Assembly (NCBI GenBank): GCA_963674695.2 | Contig: CAXXGI010000002.1 | Coordinates: 128,001 to 192,000 of the forward strand | DNA: 64,000 nucleotides | Origin: a bacterium | Lineage (GTDB): Bacteria; UBA10199; 2-02-FULL-44-16; JAAZCA01 | Direction: 5' to 3' | Part shown: in pieces, positions 37,225 through 46,152 of the stretch | Numbering within the stretch: the first letter of the stretch is position 1 | Layout: the number at the start of each line of letters is the position of its first letter | Position numbers and translations under genes: made by a program | The notes under the pieces: model-generated | Told to the model about the DNA's origin: nothing | Database searches by the model: none | What the model saw: only the letters and a program-made list of their open reading frames with translations

Positions 37225-37968
37225 CTAATTATCTAGGTTTTTAGTAAGCAACTGGTAGTTACAATACTCACATCCATCTTGACATCTCGGTATTTGATCG
37301 GATGCTAAGCATAACTGTGCATCTCGCACTGCCTTTTCAACCCATGAAGAATCTCCGGCATATGGCAATAACTGGACGTCAAAGCATAATGTTCCGTTAA
37401 AGCCATCCAAATCCTTGCGAGCGTTTGCATATACGAAGTATCCGGTATCTGAAACGTCGAAGCCCATATTGCGCATAATCCACTGATAGATCTCCATCTG
37501 GCGCTTGTAGGCTTCCTTCCATTCATCGTCCAGCGTAACCTCTCCGTTCTTGCTGGTCGATTTGTAATCCACGATGAAGAGTTGGCCGCTCGGCTGTACC
37601 CATACATCATCGATTGCACCGGTAATGATCAGGTTCGTTTCTTTATGATGATATTCCAGTCCCTTGAAATTCTCACGCCAGATATCGAGATCTGGGTGAC
37701 TATAGGGAATGGCATCGACGCCGTTCTCTCTCATTATCGGATGTGGTTCACCCTTAGCGCGATAGATATCGAACTCTTTCTTTAATAAGACATCCACTGC
37801 GGAATTCAGGGTGAACGCCGGCATCGATGGCCTATCGATTCCCAGCCGTCGATCGAGATAAAAGCACCGGGGACATCTGATGAAATTCTCCAGCCGAGAC
37901 CGGCTTATTTTGAATGGTTCTTTTGAACTCGGATCATAAAGAAAACGAGTCCTTATCTTGAGAGGCAC
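37225..37968 (-). CDS. Cas4/RecB-like PD-(D/E)XK nuclease
   Basis: ISRSRLENFIRCPRCFY, GAIDD, IVDYKS, QMEIY, C-terminal C..CEYC. Confidence 0.85.
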   Translation of the reverse strand: MPLKIRTRFLYDPSSKEPFKISRSRLENFIRCPRCFYLDRRLGIDRPSMPAFTLNSAVDVLLKKEFDIYRAKGEPHPIMRENGVDAIPYSHPDLDIWRENFKGLEYHHKETNLIITGAIDDVWVQPSGQLFIVDYKSTSKNGEVTLDDEWKEAYKRQMEIYQWIMRNMGFDVSDTGYFVYANARKDLDGFNGTLCFDVQLLPYAGDSSWVEKAVRDAQLCLASDQIPRCQDGCEYCNYQLLTKNLDN

Positions 37969-38049
37969 ATACGCTCCCTTCTTAAAATTGCGGATAAACC
38001 TATCTCAAACGACCCCGTATATCCACCAATGATTTCAAACCATCGCCGA

Positions 38050-38253
38050 TTACTTCTTGCGATTATATGGCGACTGATTCGTAGGCTTCAGTGAGACACT
38101 TTTCTCACCGGCCTTCGCATAGACCGATTCCGGGGTGCGTCCCAACTTCAGGCCAATGACCCGTGTCGGCGTGTTTTGTTTTGCCAGCTGTTTCAGCTGC
38201 TGTTCCTGCTTCGGCGTCCATGCTTTTCCGTGGTTTGTTGGTTTTTTTGCCAT
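38050..38253 (-). CDS. Small basic HTH/Myb-like hypothetical protein
   Basis: GKAWT...PTRVIGLKLGRTPESV...LKPTNQSPY; SD AAAGGAG. Confidence 0.75.
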   Translation of the reverse strand: MAKKPTNHGKAWTPKQEQQLKQLAKQNTPTRVIGLKLGRTPESVYAKAGEKSVSLKPTNQSPYNRKK

Positions 38254-38266
38254 TGTGATTCTCCTT

Positions 38267-38737
38267 TCAATAAGTGCGTCCGAGTGCCCTCAACAAGGAC
38301 GTGAGTGGTTGTGGTTGTTCGGAAACTGTAAACTGTGTGTCGAGCAAGGCGTTCGTGCCCGAGGTAGAAATAACCGTATGCTGAAATGGAAAGTGACTGA
38401 CGTATTCGGTGTTGCACGTTGGCTTGTGCCTAAATATCAAGGCCGCCTCTGCCCGAGTACGATTGGCCGGATATGAGACGCCTGCCATCGAGAAGCAGAG
38501 CCGCTCCCCAAGTAAGAGTTGTTGCTTCCATGCATTCCATTTTTCGTGCCCCTGAATGCGCTTGAGCACACTATCTGCCTCGCCGATATAGAGGAGCCTT
38601 ATCAAACTTACCTGGTTGGCGAGCGAATTATAGGCACACGCATAAACGCAATAAACCCCCGAGGTATCGGGCATTGCGTTAGTATTCACATCGAGCCAAT
38701 ACCCAGAAAAAGTCAGATTAAAATTATTTGAGAACAT
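38267..38737 (-). CDS. GIY-YIG nuclease
   Basis: SGVYCVY...LLYIGEA...RI..H...AEAALIF..KP..N; SD GGAGG. Confidence 0.85.
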   Translation of the reverse strand: MFSNNFNLTFSGYWLDVNTNAMPDTSGVYCVYACAYNSLANQVSLIRLLYIGEADSVLKRIQGHEKWNAWKQQLLLGERLCFSMAGVSYPANRTRAEAALIFRHKPTCNTEYVSHFPFQHTVISTSGTNALLDTQFTVSEQPQPLTSLLRALGRTY

Positions 38738-38779
38738 TCAAAAACCTCCTTGCTTTGTGATAATTTGTATTGTAAAAAG

Positions 38780-38821
38780 TGACGTTAGCGTCATATAGAT
38801 GTTGGGTAACATTATTGTTAC
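38780..38821. promoter_or_regulatory. Candidate operators in divergent intergenic region
   Basis: Palindromes TGACG-N4-CGTCA (38780-38793) and GTAACA-N4-TGTTAC (38806-38821). Confidence 0.45.
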
Positions 38822-38852
38822 AGTTCGTCAATAAAAAAAATACGGAGTCGTC

Positions 38853-39209
38853 ATGGCCGAAAAAGAACCCCTAACGGTCTTCCCCGAGCGTTTGAAACAT
38901 GCCCGTGAATTGCGGGGACTCAACCAAAGTGATCTAGCAGCCAAGACAGGCCTACAGGCCTCTGCCATTTCGCATTTTGAGACAGGAGCCCGGAAGCCCT
39001 CATTTGACAATTTGCGGCGACTTGCAGACAAATTGGACGTCACCACTGATTACTTGTTAGGACGTGTGGAGGAACCAACTCAGTATGCAGGATCGGGAGT
39101 GATGTTCCGCCACTTTGATCGACTTTCCTCGGACCAACGTGAAGCAATCGAAGAGACCATCAAATCTCTGGCAAATAAAAGAGATGCGCAGGAGAAGAAA
39201 AATGGCTGA
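38853..39209 (+). CDS. XRE-family repressor (ImmR/CapH-like)
   Basis: RLKHARELRGLNQSDLA...ISHFETGARKPSFDNL...DYLLGR. Confidence 0.9.
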   Translation: MAEKEPLTVFPERLKHARELRGLNQSDLAAKTGLQASAISHFETGARKPSFDNLRRLADKLDVTTDYLLGRVEEPTQYAGSGVMFRHFDRLSSDQREAIEETIKSLANKRDAQEKKNG

Positions 39210-40071
39210 CGATTTCATGTCCGAAATCACTTGTCGCCAGGCGGATGCCTTTATGCGCGAGCATGGTGTTTCTGCTCTACCCATAGATTTACCCTCTTTG
39301 TGCAATCGACTAAATATAGGTCTACATCAATCAACAAATATGGATGGCCCCCCAGGCATGTTGATTCATGAACGAGGGACATTTGTTATCGCTTATGCCA
39401 CAAACACCGGAAATAAAGGATTTGAAAATTTTTGTATTGCCCATGAACTTGGGCATTATCATTTGCCCGGTCATGTAGAAGCATTATTCAAGACCGGAAC
39501 AGTTCACGAGTCGAAGTCTGGTTTCGTGTCTGACTCAAAATACGAACGAGAAGCAGATAATTTCGCCGCGTCACTACTAATGCCAAGAGACCTTTTCAAA
39601 AACGCTATACCAAACGCTGATGCCGGAATGTCTGCAATACAGACGCTCTCAGCACAATTTACAACGTCGTTACTGGCAACGACCATTCGATATACGAATC
39701 TCACAGATGATCCCATAGCAATGATAGTCAGTACAAAGAACACAATTGACTATTGTTTCATGTCTCCCTCGTTAAAGGAAATCAAAGGTCTCGATTGGAT
39801 CCGGAAAAATTCTCCGCTACCACGGGCCTCAGCCACATTTACTTTCAATCAAGACCCCGAGAAGATCACGACATGTCAAACTGTAGAGAATTCTTCAGAT
39901 CTAAGTGAATGGTTCGGTTCAAAAAAAGAAATTGAGATTAATGAAGATGTTGTGGGTCTTGGCAAATCTGGAAAAACCCTTACATTGTTGTATGGCATCG
40001 AACTACCTGATGAAGACGACATTGACGAAGATGAATTACACGAATCGTGGACACCGCGATTTCGTCGATAA
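39202..40071 (+). CDS. ImmA/IrrE/CapP-family metallopeptidase
   Basis: FCIAHELGHY (HExxH), EREADNFAASLLMP, C-terminal GAF-like region. Confidence 0.9.
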   Translation: MADDFMSEITCRQADAFMREHGVSALPIDLPSLCNRLNIGLHQSTNMDGPPGMLIHERGTFVIAYATNTGNKGFENFCIAHELGHYHLPGHVEALFKTGTVHESKSGFVSDSKYEREADNFAASLLMPRDLFKNAIPNADAGMSAIQTLSAQFTTSLLATTIRYTNLTDDPIAMIVSTKNTIDYCFMSPSLKEIKGLDWIRKNSPLPRASATFTFNQDPEKITTCQTVENSSDLSEWFGSKKEIEINEDVVGLGKSGKTLTLLYGIELPDEDDIDEDELHESWTPRFRR

Positions 40072-41505
40072 CTATCCAAACACCACCGGCAGATCTACAC
40101 CTGTCAAAGTATATTGCCTTACATATCGACCAATGCCGAGGGACATGACTAGGTCGTCGTGCTTGCCGGACTGGGCCTCTGCCTTGCCCTTCTTTGACCA
40201 TGCAAAATGGAGGAGTTCGTTGACCGTGCGGATTCCCTGAACCCCGATCGTTTCGTCGCGTATGCTCCGGTCGAGTTCCTCGATGATGAGCGGTCTTGTT
40301 AATGAGTTCGTAGGAAATCCAAGGTCTAACTGGTTCTTGGGCTTCAGGGGATTGACATATTCATAGATATTCGGGTAATCGCCGTTTTGAAAATACAGAT
40401 TCGTGGCAATGCCCATGTTGTTATTTTCAATCGCAGAGAGCGCATAGTGATATTTTACCCCAAGCTTGAAAAGCCTGTCGTTAAATTCCTTCAGTGGAAT
40501 GTGCGTCCTGTATTCAGCCATTTGCTTGCCTGTCGACCGGTCTAAGATATGTGCCGCGTGATAGTCTCCGGCGCCTCCCTTTGCCGGATCCGCACATAAA
40601 ATATAATCTCTGTTTGTCTGGGGAGTTTCGAAGATATAAAGGCCGCACTTGAAATTCGGGTCAATTTCTTCAGAATAAAATTCTTCGATGGGTTCTATCA
40701 TCGAGCACTCTTCCTGCAATGCCCGGAGCGCTGCGACGTCAAAGACAAGGTTTCCGCTAGATATAAAATCCCCATAAACCTCTTGGGCCAGTTGCAATGA
40801 GCTCATATTGGCCTTTTGAATCTGCAGCCACATATTATCTCGTTCGGGGTGATACCACCAGTTGATCCGGATCGGATTGAAAAGGCTCTTGCCCTCTAAT
40901 GTGCGTGTCCAAAGTTCATAAAAGAAATTATCCATACCGTTCGGCGTACTAAGGATGATGGCCGAACCGCCGGTGCTAAGTGTTGGAAACGATGCCTGCC
41001 ATATATCCTGAATCCACCTGACAAATGCGGCCTCATCAATGATCAATAGAGACAGAGACTCCGAGCGACCGGCCTCCTCAGATGTCGGCACAGATTCCAC
41101 TTCACTATCTGTGGAGAACGACATCTTGGACATATTGTTATCGACGAGTTCAGGTTTTAGAAACGGTGGGAGGTTGTTGTAAAGAAAGCGAACCTTTTTG
41201 AGCAGTGCCTTTGCTGTTGCATCCTTGATCGAGATCATGAGGACTTTCTTGTCCTCAAAAAATATCGTGAGCCACAGGGCAACACCTGCCACCAGCCAGC
41301 TAAGCCCCATCTGTCTGCATTTTAAGACGATATTAAATGGACTTTGGAGAAATCTATTGAGTGTTATCTGCTGGAAACGGTAGAGTTTGAAGGGAACCTT
41401 GCCCCGCATAGGATCACGTATGAATCCATAGGTATCCAAAAAATAATTGGGTGAAGATTTACACTTTGCAAGTTCTTCCAATTCATACGCGGTTAATGGC
41501 TCCAT
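40072..41505 (-). CDS. terL: Terminase large subunit (T4 gp17-like)
   Basis: VLKCRQMGLS, LIIDEAAF, LSTPNG, CADPAKG, HDDLVMS. Confidence 0.93.
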   Translation of the reverse strand: MEPLTAYELEELAKCKSSPNYFLDTYGFIRDPMRGKVPFKLYRFQQITLNRFLQSPFNIVLKCRQMGLSWLVAGVALWLTIFFEDKKVLMISIKDATAKALLKKVRFLYNNLPPFLKPELVDNNMSKMSFSTDSEVESVPTSEEAGRSESLSLLIIDEAAFVRWIQDIWQASFPTLSTGGSAIILSTPNGMDNFFYELWTRTLEGKSLFNPIRINWWYHPERDNMWLQIQKANMSSLQLAQEVYGDFISSGNLVFDVAALRALQEECSMIEPIEEFYSEEIDPNFKCGLYIFETPQTNRDYILCADPAKGGAGDYHAAHILDRSTGKQMAEYRTHIPLKEFNDRLFKLGVKYHYALSAIENNNMGIATNLYFQNGDYPNIYEYVNPLKPKNQLDLGFPTNSLTRPLIIEELDRSIRDETIGVQGIRTVNELLHFAWSKKGKAEAQSGKHDDLVMSLGIGRYVRQYTLTGVDLPVVFG

Positions 41506-41507
41506 GA

Positions 41508-42299
41508 TTACTTCGCATCTTCCGTTGCCTCAAACTCTTCAAACCCCTGATTTGGATTTCTGTCTCCATGCCCCATGACTGCAACATCCTGTTTGGGCAG
41601 ATTCGATGGGATCTTCGATTCAATCAGGCGAATGGCCTCTGTAAAATGAATCGGTTGTTCGCCATTCGCGTTCGGATGTATATCCACATGGATATTTGGA
41701 ACAGGAAGCCTCTTTTCCGAACCGTGCGTAAATAAAGAGAGGAAGTCGCTCAGTGCATGTGATGTACTCGACAGGATCTTCAGGCTCTCAGACTTTTGGC
41801 TATAGAGATTCCGAAGATATGACATGAGGCTTGTTACTTTTTTTCGCTTCCTGTTGAATTCCGTATAGCTGCCCTCGGACAACGCAAAGGCATAATCGAA
41901 CTCCTTTGTGATCCTTGAAATTTGGCTGTCCAACTGATCCGCGTATATAACCGCTCTCGCACGATCATCTTGTATCTGATAGAGCAGTTTTGAAGCCACG
42001 CTGAATATTTGTCGGCGGACGCTCTCCCTATCCTCAAACTGCTTTGTAAAATCCTTTTGAACCTGTGCAATAAGTTTAGAAAGTTGGTTTTCTGTAACAC
42101 CCATCTTACCGGCCAGTTGAACCTGTGTCAGGCGCTCACCGTCGAGAACGTAACCGTTGCACTGCCACGACATTACAGCCTCGATCTTATGTTTTAGGGA
42201 AAGGCTATCCAGACGTTCATTGCCAGTGGCCTCTTTTGCGATCTTCAGGCGGGATAGCCTTTTGCGTCTCGCCCGTGTTTTTTTATTCATTTCTTGCAC
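41508..42299 (-). CDS. HTH + coiled-coil protein, possible terminase small subunit
   Basis: LTQVQLAGKMGVTENQLSKL; immediately upstream of terL. Confidence 0.5.
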   Translation of the reverse strand: MQEMNKKTRARRKRLSRLKIAKEATGNERLDSLSLKHKIEAVMSWQCNGYVLDGERLTQVQLAGKMGVTENQLSKLIAQVQKDFTKQFEDRESVRRQIFSVASKLLYQIQDDRARAVIYADQLDSQISRITKEFDYAFALSEGSYTEFNRKRKKVTSLMSYLRNLYSQKSESLKILSSTSHALSDFLSLFTHGSEKRLPVPNIHVDIHPNANGEQPIHFTEAIRLIESKIPSNLPKQDVAVMGHGDRNPNQGFEEFEATEDAK

Positions 42300-42676
42300 A
42301 AGTTCCTCTTGGTAGAAATGGTGACTTCGCTCGGCTCTTCAATCACCTCCATGAACTTTATTATGCGTGGATACTCCCTTCGCATCTTCTTGAAGATAGC
42401 TCGGATCCATACAGGTGTTACCTCGTATTTATCGGCAAGGAGCCGGACAGTTTCATTGCATTGGGCATGACAGATTGTCTCGTAGATATCGATATTGCGT
42501 TTCAATTCCTTTATCTTTGTGTAGGATGGTATGGTGAGTTTCACCCCTCCAAATATAGATATCAGTTTTAGTGTGTCTTCCTCTCCGATCTCCTCGTAAA
42601 TTTCTGGCAGGAGTGTGTCTCTGTATAGATAATAAATCATCTGCTTCAGACCAAAGTCCAAACGTGTTCTTACCAT
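42287..42676 (-). CDS. Mor-like transcription activator
   Basis: EEIGEEDTLKLISIFGG..LTIP...RNIDIY...LADKYEVT..WIRAI. Confidence 0.75.
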   Translation of the reverse strand: MVRTRLDFGLKQMIYYLYRDTLLPEIYEEIGEEDTLKLISIFGGVKLTIPSYTKIKELKRNIDIYETICHAQCNETVRLLADKYEVTPVWIRAIFKKMRREYPRIIKFMEVIEEPSEVTISTKRNLCKK

Positions 42677-42677
42677 T

Positions 42678-43277
42678 TTAAACCTCTGCAAAATTCTTAC
42701 GAAGAACGACAAGGGCATAATCGACCAAAAAATCGATCTCTTTGGGTGGCCTGCCGCTCAACTTACACAACTCGTTGATAATCTGTTTTCTGTTCCTGTC
42801 GAATGACCGAAAGTACAATGCAACGCCGATCCTCCTGATAATATAGACCGCTAATGCACCATTAAATCGAGTATGAACCTTAATACTCAAATATTGTTCT
42901 ACGGGGGCTGCCGACTTGTCCTCGTGATTTATATAGGGTTCCACATCTTCAACCATGAGCGATCTGTTGTCCGATTTATTCCGTCGAAAATAGCTCGCAA
43001 TCCTGTTGGACAGACATTTATAAAGGAATGTCTTTAGAGACCCGCGTTCCGGATCCCACCTGTGCAATTTTTCCAAGATTTCAACCCAACACTCCTGCTT
43101 GAGATCATCAACAATATTCTCGGAATATCTTCTGGAATAAATAAAGCTTCTGATTAACGAATTCAGGTATCCATGAATACTATCAAATGCAGCATTATTG
43201 CCGGCAATATATGCCAGCGCATTAGTTCTGATTTTTGTCTGCTGCAAGGCATCTTGTCTCTCGTTTGATATGTTCAT
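42678..43277 (-). CDS. Sigma-70-like factor (region 2)
   Basis: DDLKQECWVEILEKLHRWDPERGSLKTFLY...NRIASYFRR. Confidence 0.75.
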   Translation of the reverse strand: MNISNERQDALQQTKIRTNALAYIAGNNAAFDSIHGYLNSLIRSFIYSRRYSENIVDDLKQECWVEILEKLHRWDPERGSLKTFLYKCLSNRIASYFRRNKSDNRSLMVEDVEPYINHEDKSAAPVEQYLSIKVHTRFNGALAVYIIRRIGVALYFRSFDRNRKQIINELCKLSGRPPKEIDFLVDYALVVLRKNFAEV

Positions 43278-43545
43278 ATGTTTTTCTGCTCCACGTAAAT
43301 CTTGGAAGATAACGGTCTGGTATATCAAGCGCATTCAGGGTCTGAGGATGAGACCCCTTTTTTGCGCAATGAAAACTCATCCGGAATTTTCCAAGAGAGG
43401 GAAAGAGTATCTCTCTTCGCTGAATTAAGTCTCTCACGATCAGATCAGTTACCGCATCAAGAACCTTTGCGATCTGATACTGATACAGGCCGGTTGTTCG
43501 GGCTACTCTCTCGATAACTTCTGCACGATGTGTTTTATTTTTCAT
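43222..43545 (-). CDS. HU/IHF-like DNA-binding protein
   Basis: FPSLGKF...GSHPQT...IP...PRF. Confidence 0.75.
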   Translation of the reverse strand: MKNKTHRAEVIERVARTTGLYQYQIAKVLDAVTDLIVRDLIQRREILFPSLGKFRMSFHCAKKGSHPQTLNALDIPDRYLPRFTWSRKTYEHIKRETRCLAADKNQN

Positions 43546-43567
43546 ATTGTGATGTCGCCCAGAATAT

Positions 43568-43777
43568 TCATTCCTTTTTGTCCTTTGCGGTCTTTGTTTT
43601 CTTTTCTCTTCGCATCTCCTGTTCGATCTCCTGTCTTAAAAGATAAGTGATCGAACCAAGAGTTCTACGGATCTCCGCCTTTACCGTGTCGTGCAGTGTT
43701 TGCAGATCATTGCCGAACTTAGTAGACAGGCGGTGATACGTAACGTCGATTATCTTCTGAATTTTCGATGGCTCCAT
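43568..43777 (-). CDS. Hypothetical protein
   Basis: SD AAGGAG; co-oriented with neighbours. Confidence 0.55.
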   Translation of the reverse strand: MEPSKIQKIIDVTYHRLSTKFGNDLQTLHDTVKAEIRRTLGSITYLLRQEIEQEMRREKKTKTAKDKKE

Positions 43778-43796
43778 ACATGCTCCTTTCCGTCAT

Positions 43797-44297
43797 TTAA
43801 GTGGCAAACATTGCCTGCACACGATCAATATAAATTTTCAGCACTCTTTCGAATTCCTTTAGATTGTTGCCGGTAAAATAGTATTGTCCGCAACACTTCT
43901 CATGGCTGATTGATTGGCGAATCTCGGGTGGAAAACTCTCGCGCTTTTTGAGACGAACGAAGCGCACAGTTCCATTGAGACGCATTGTCTGAAGGCGTGA
44001 GCAATATAGCAAGCTACGGCCTTTATTATCTTTTATGGCAATATAGTATCGTCTGAAATGTGCTCTGAGACCAACGGATTCACAGAGCTCGATAATCTGG
44101 CTGACGATTTTAGAAATCGGCGGTTTGAGATAGGCGCTTGAATTTGTCTTTGATGTCTCTTTTGTCGATGCAAAGACAGATTGTCTGATATTTCTCTGAA
44201 CTTCCTGCCTGCATTCTGAACGGACCTCACATATATCCCTGCATGGTGTCAAAAGTTGGTCATAGAGTAGTCCGAAACAATCATTTTTCTTTTCCAT
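43797..44297 (-). CDS. Hypothetical protein with Cys-rich N-terminus
   Basis: DCFG...PCRDICEVRSEC. Confidence 0.6.
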   Translation of the reverse strand: MEKKNDCFGLLYDQLLTPCRDICEVRSECRQEVQRNIRQSVFASTKETSKTNSSAYLKPPISKIVSQIIELCESVGLRAHFRRYYIAIKDNKGRSLLYCSRLQTMRLNGTVRFVRLKKRESFPPEIRQSISHEKCCGQYYFTGNNLKEFERVLKIYIDRVQAMFAT

Positions 44298-44413
44298 CGC
44301 ATTTCATTATCTCTGAAGCGATGAAATATTTCAAATAAAAATGAGACAATTCATTTGGTATTACGCATAGTTAGCGCATTTTACGCACCGGTGATGCAAA
44401 AAATAGCTGCCGT

Positions 44414-44593
44414 CTATCTTTTTGATTTCCAGTCGATGATCCTTCCAGCGATCGATTTGATGATGCCGGGGAGATTCACCTTTGTGAAGGCGGTGATCAG
44501 AAGAAAGATAACCGTTACTCCTCCGGCGATCCATTCAATGGGGCCGCCCTGTGTAAAATAGGAAACGCACTGTTCGAGATCTGTCTGTGTCAT
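44414..44593 (-). CDS. Small single-TM protein (59 aa) after endolysin; not in ORF track
   Basis: MTQTDLEQ...WIAGGVTVIFLLITAF...KSKR*; SD AAAGGAG. Confidence 0.6.
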   Translation of the reverse strand: MTQTDLEQCVSYFTQGGPIEWIAGGVTVIFLLITAFTKVNLPGIIKSIAGRIIDWKSKR

Positions 44594-44604
44594 ATATCTC
44601 CTTT

Positions 44605-45129
44605 CTAATCCCTTATGTGATGAGGGCCGAAACGGATTTTTTCATATGGCAGAACGCCGAATATAAACTCCCTCAAGTCCTTCATATTGATGTCGGGACA
44701 GGTTTTGTTCGGATCGATTTCATGGTGACCGATGAAGTCCTGCTTGGAAAGATGCGGCCACGTTTTTTTGAGTTGCTGACACAGGGTTTCAAGTGTGAGT
44801 ATTTGTTTTGTTGTGAATATGCCGTCTTTTCCAATCAGGCATATTCCGACCGAGTCTCTGTTCCAACCATAGGCATGCGCTCCGATCTCGCTATCCTCTA
44901 TAAACGTATCATCGTCAAAAGGCCGTCCCCACTCGATCTGCCCATCTGCCCAATGCCATCTCTTCTTTTCTATATACATCTCATTGGTCGGTATTCCGTT
45001 TGTAATGACAGCGCCATAGCCGATACATTTCCATCCGCGCTTGCGGTGCCAATTGTCTATCAAGAGTGCTGTCCCCCACGGGGAATCGCTTGAATGAATA
45101 ATGACTTTTCTGATTTTCTTCACATGCAC
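44605..45129 (-). CDS. N-acetylmuramoyl-L-alanine amidase endolysin
   Basis: IIHSSD, IDNWHRKRGW..IGY, GAHAYGWN, GHHE...KTCP. Confidence 0.9.
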   Translation of the reverse strand: MHVKKIRKVIIHSSDSPWGTALLIDNWHRKRGWKCIGYGAVITNGIPTNEMYIEKKRWHWADGQIEWGRPFDDDTFIEDSEIGAHAYGWNRDSVGICLIGKDGIFTTKQILTLETLCQQLKKTWPHLSKQDFIGHHEIDPNKTCPDINMKDLREFIFGVLPYEKIRFGPHHIRD

Positions 45130-45132
45130 CTC

Positions 45133-45477
45133 CTAGTCTTTGAGTTCGCGTATATCCTGCTCCACCAGGCTTAGGTCTCTACGCGTTGCCTTCATCTCGT
45201 TGACCATCTCCTGAAATGCCTTTGTCTGAACATCGATATTGTCGCTTAATTTTCTGATCGCATCTTCAAGAGAACGGCGGACGTACCAAATCTTGACGCC
45301 ATCATTGTCTGTGACGTTGTGCCAATTCCAAAGATCCTCGACCCAATTGTACATTTCGGTAAACTTGCGATCCGGATAACCACCATTCTTCCGAATGCGC
45401 AGAAAATTAAGAACCTCTCTGATTACCAATACGGCGAATATTCCGCCGACTCCTAGTTCTGTAACAGTGTTCATCAT
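45133..45477 (-). CDS. Holin-like protein (one N-terminal TM plus coiled coil)
   Basis: ELGVGGIFAVLVI; precedes endolysin. Confidence 0.6.
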   Translation of the reverse strand: MMNTVTELGVGGIFAVLVIREVLNFLRIRKNGGYPDRKFTEMYNWVEDLWNWHNVTDNDGVKIWYVRRSLEDAIRKLSDNIDVQTKAFQEMVNEMKATRRDLSLVEQDIRELKD

Positions 45478-45489
45478 TGGCTAAACCTC

Positions 45490-46152
45490 TTAACAACAGT
45501 TCACGCGCAAGCTTTTTGAAATCAAGACCTCTCCCTTTGAATCTTTAACGTAACATCTGGCCAGTTCCTTCGAATTTGTGTCCGGCAGATGCCATTTGAA
45601 AGATGCCTTGCCGTTAACTACATTGATTATTCCATTTCTTGGCGTAATTCGTCCGTGCGTGCATTCGGCTGCAAATTCTCCATCGATGTCGTTTACATTT
45701 TTATCCTTATCATGTTTTTCAATATCGCTTTGAGTGGTCTTAACCTGAACCTCCATATCCAGAGTCACCTCTCCTTCGGTATCAACGTCGTGAAGGCGAT
45801 ATCTGTCACGTTCCTCACTTTTTATGACATTGGGACTTTGTTTTATTTTCAGACAGATGTACGGCCGCCTCTCCAGCCTTGTTGTCCCTTCAACTAGAGA
45901 GGGTTTATACTCATTGTATCCATAAGGAATATCGTCGGCGTAGATGAGACCTAAGTTATCAGGGTCATGATCCGTGACGCGTTCAAGAATGTCAGGCCAT
46001 TTGTTTCCGGTTCGGATATCTTCCCAACATTCCGTCAAATCTACGTCCTCATATTTCAACCTGCCGGGATTATCCACATCCTTGACTTGATGAATATTTC
46101 TGCCGATGATTTTATTTGTTACCTTGTCATAAAAATATGCGCATATCGCCAT
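45490..46152 (-). CDS. Hypothetical protein (possible fibre chaperone, Ig-like C-terminus)
   Basis: Coupled to tail fibre gene. Confidence 0.55.
   Translation of the reverse strand: MAICAYFYDKVTNKIIGRNIHQVKDVDNPGRLKYEDVDLTECWEDIRTGNKWPDILERVTDHDPDNLGLIYADDIPYGYNEYKPSLVEGTTRLERRPYICLKIKQSPNVIKSEERDRYRLHDVDTEGEVTLDMEVQVKTTQSDIEKHDKDKNVNDIDGEFAAECTHGRITPRNGIINVVNGKASFKWHLPDTNSKELARCYVKDSKGEVLISKSLRVNCC

Noticed and set aside
37225-37968. CRISPR adaptation module
   Set aside because: Solo Cas4-like nuclease without cas1, cas2 or an array
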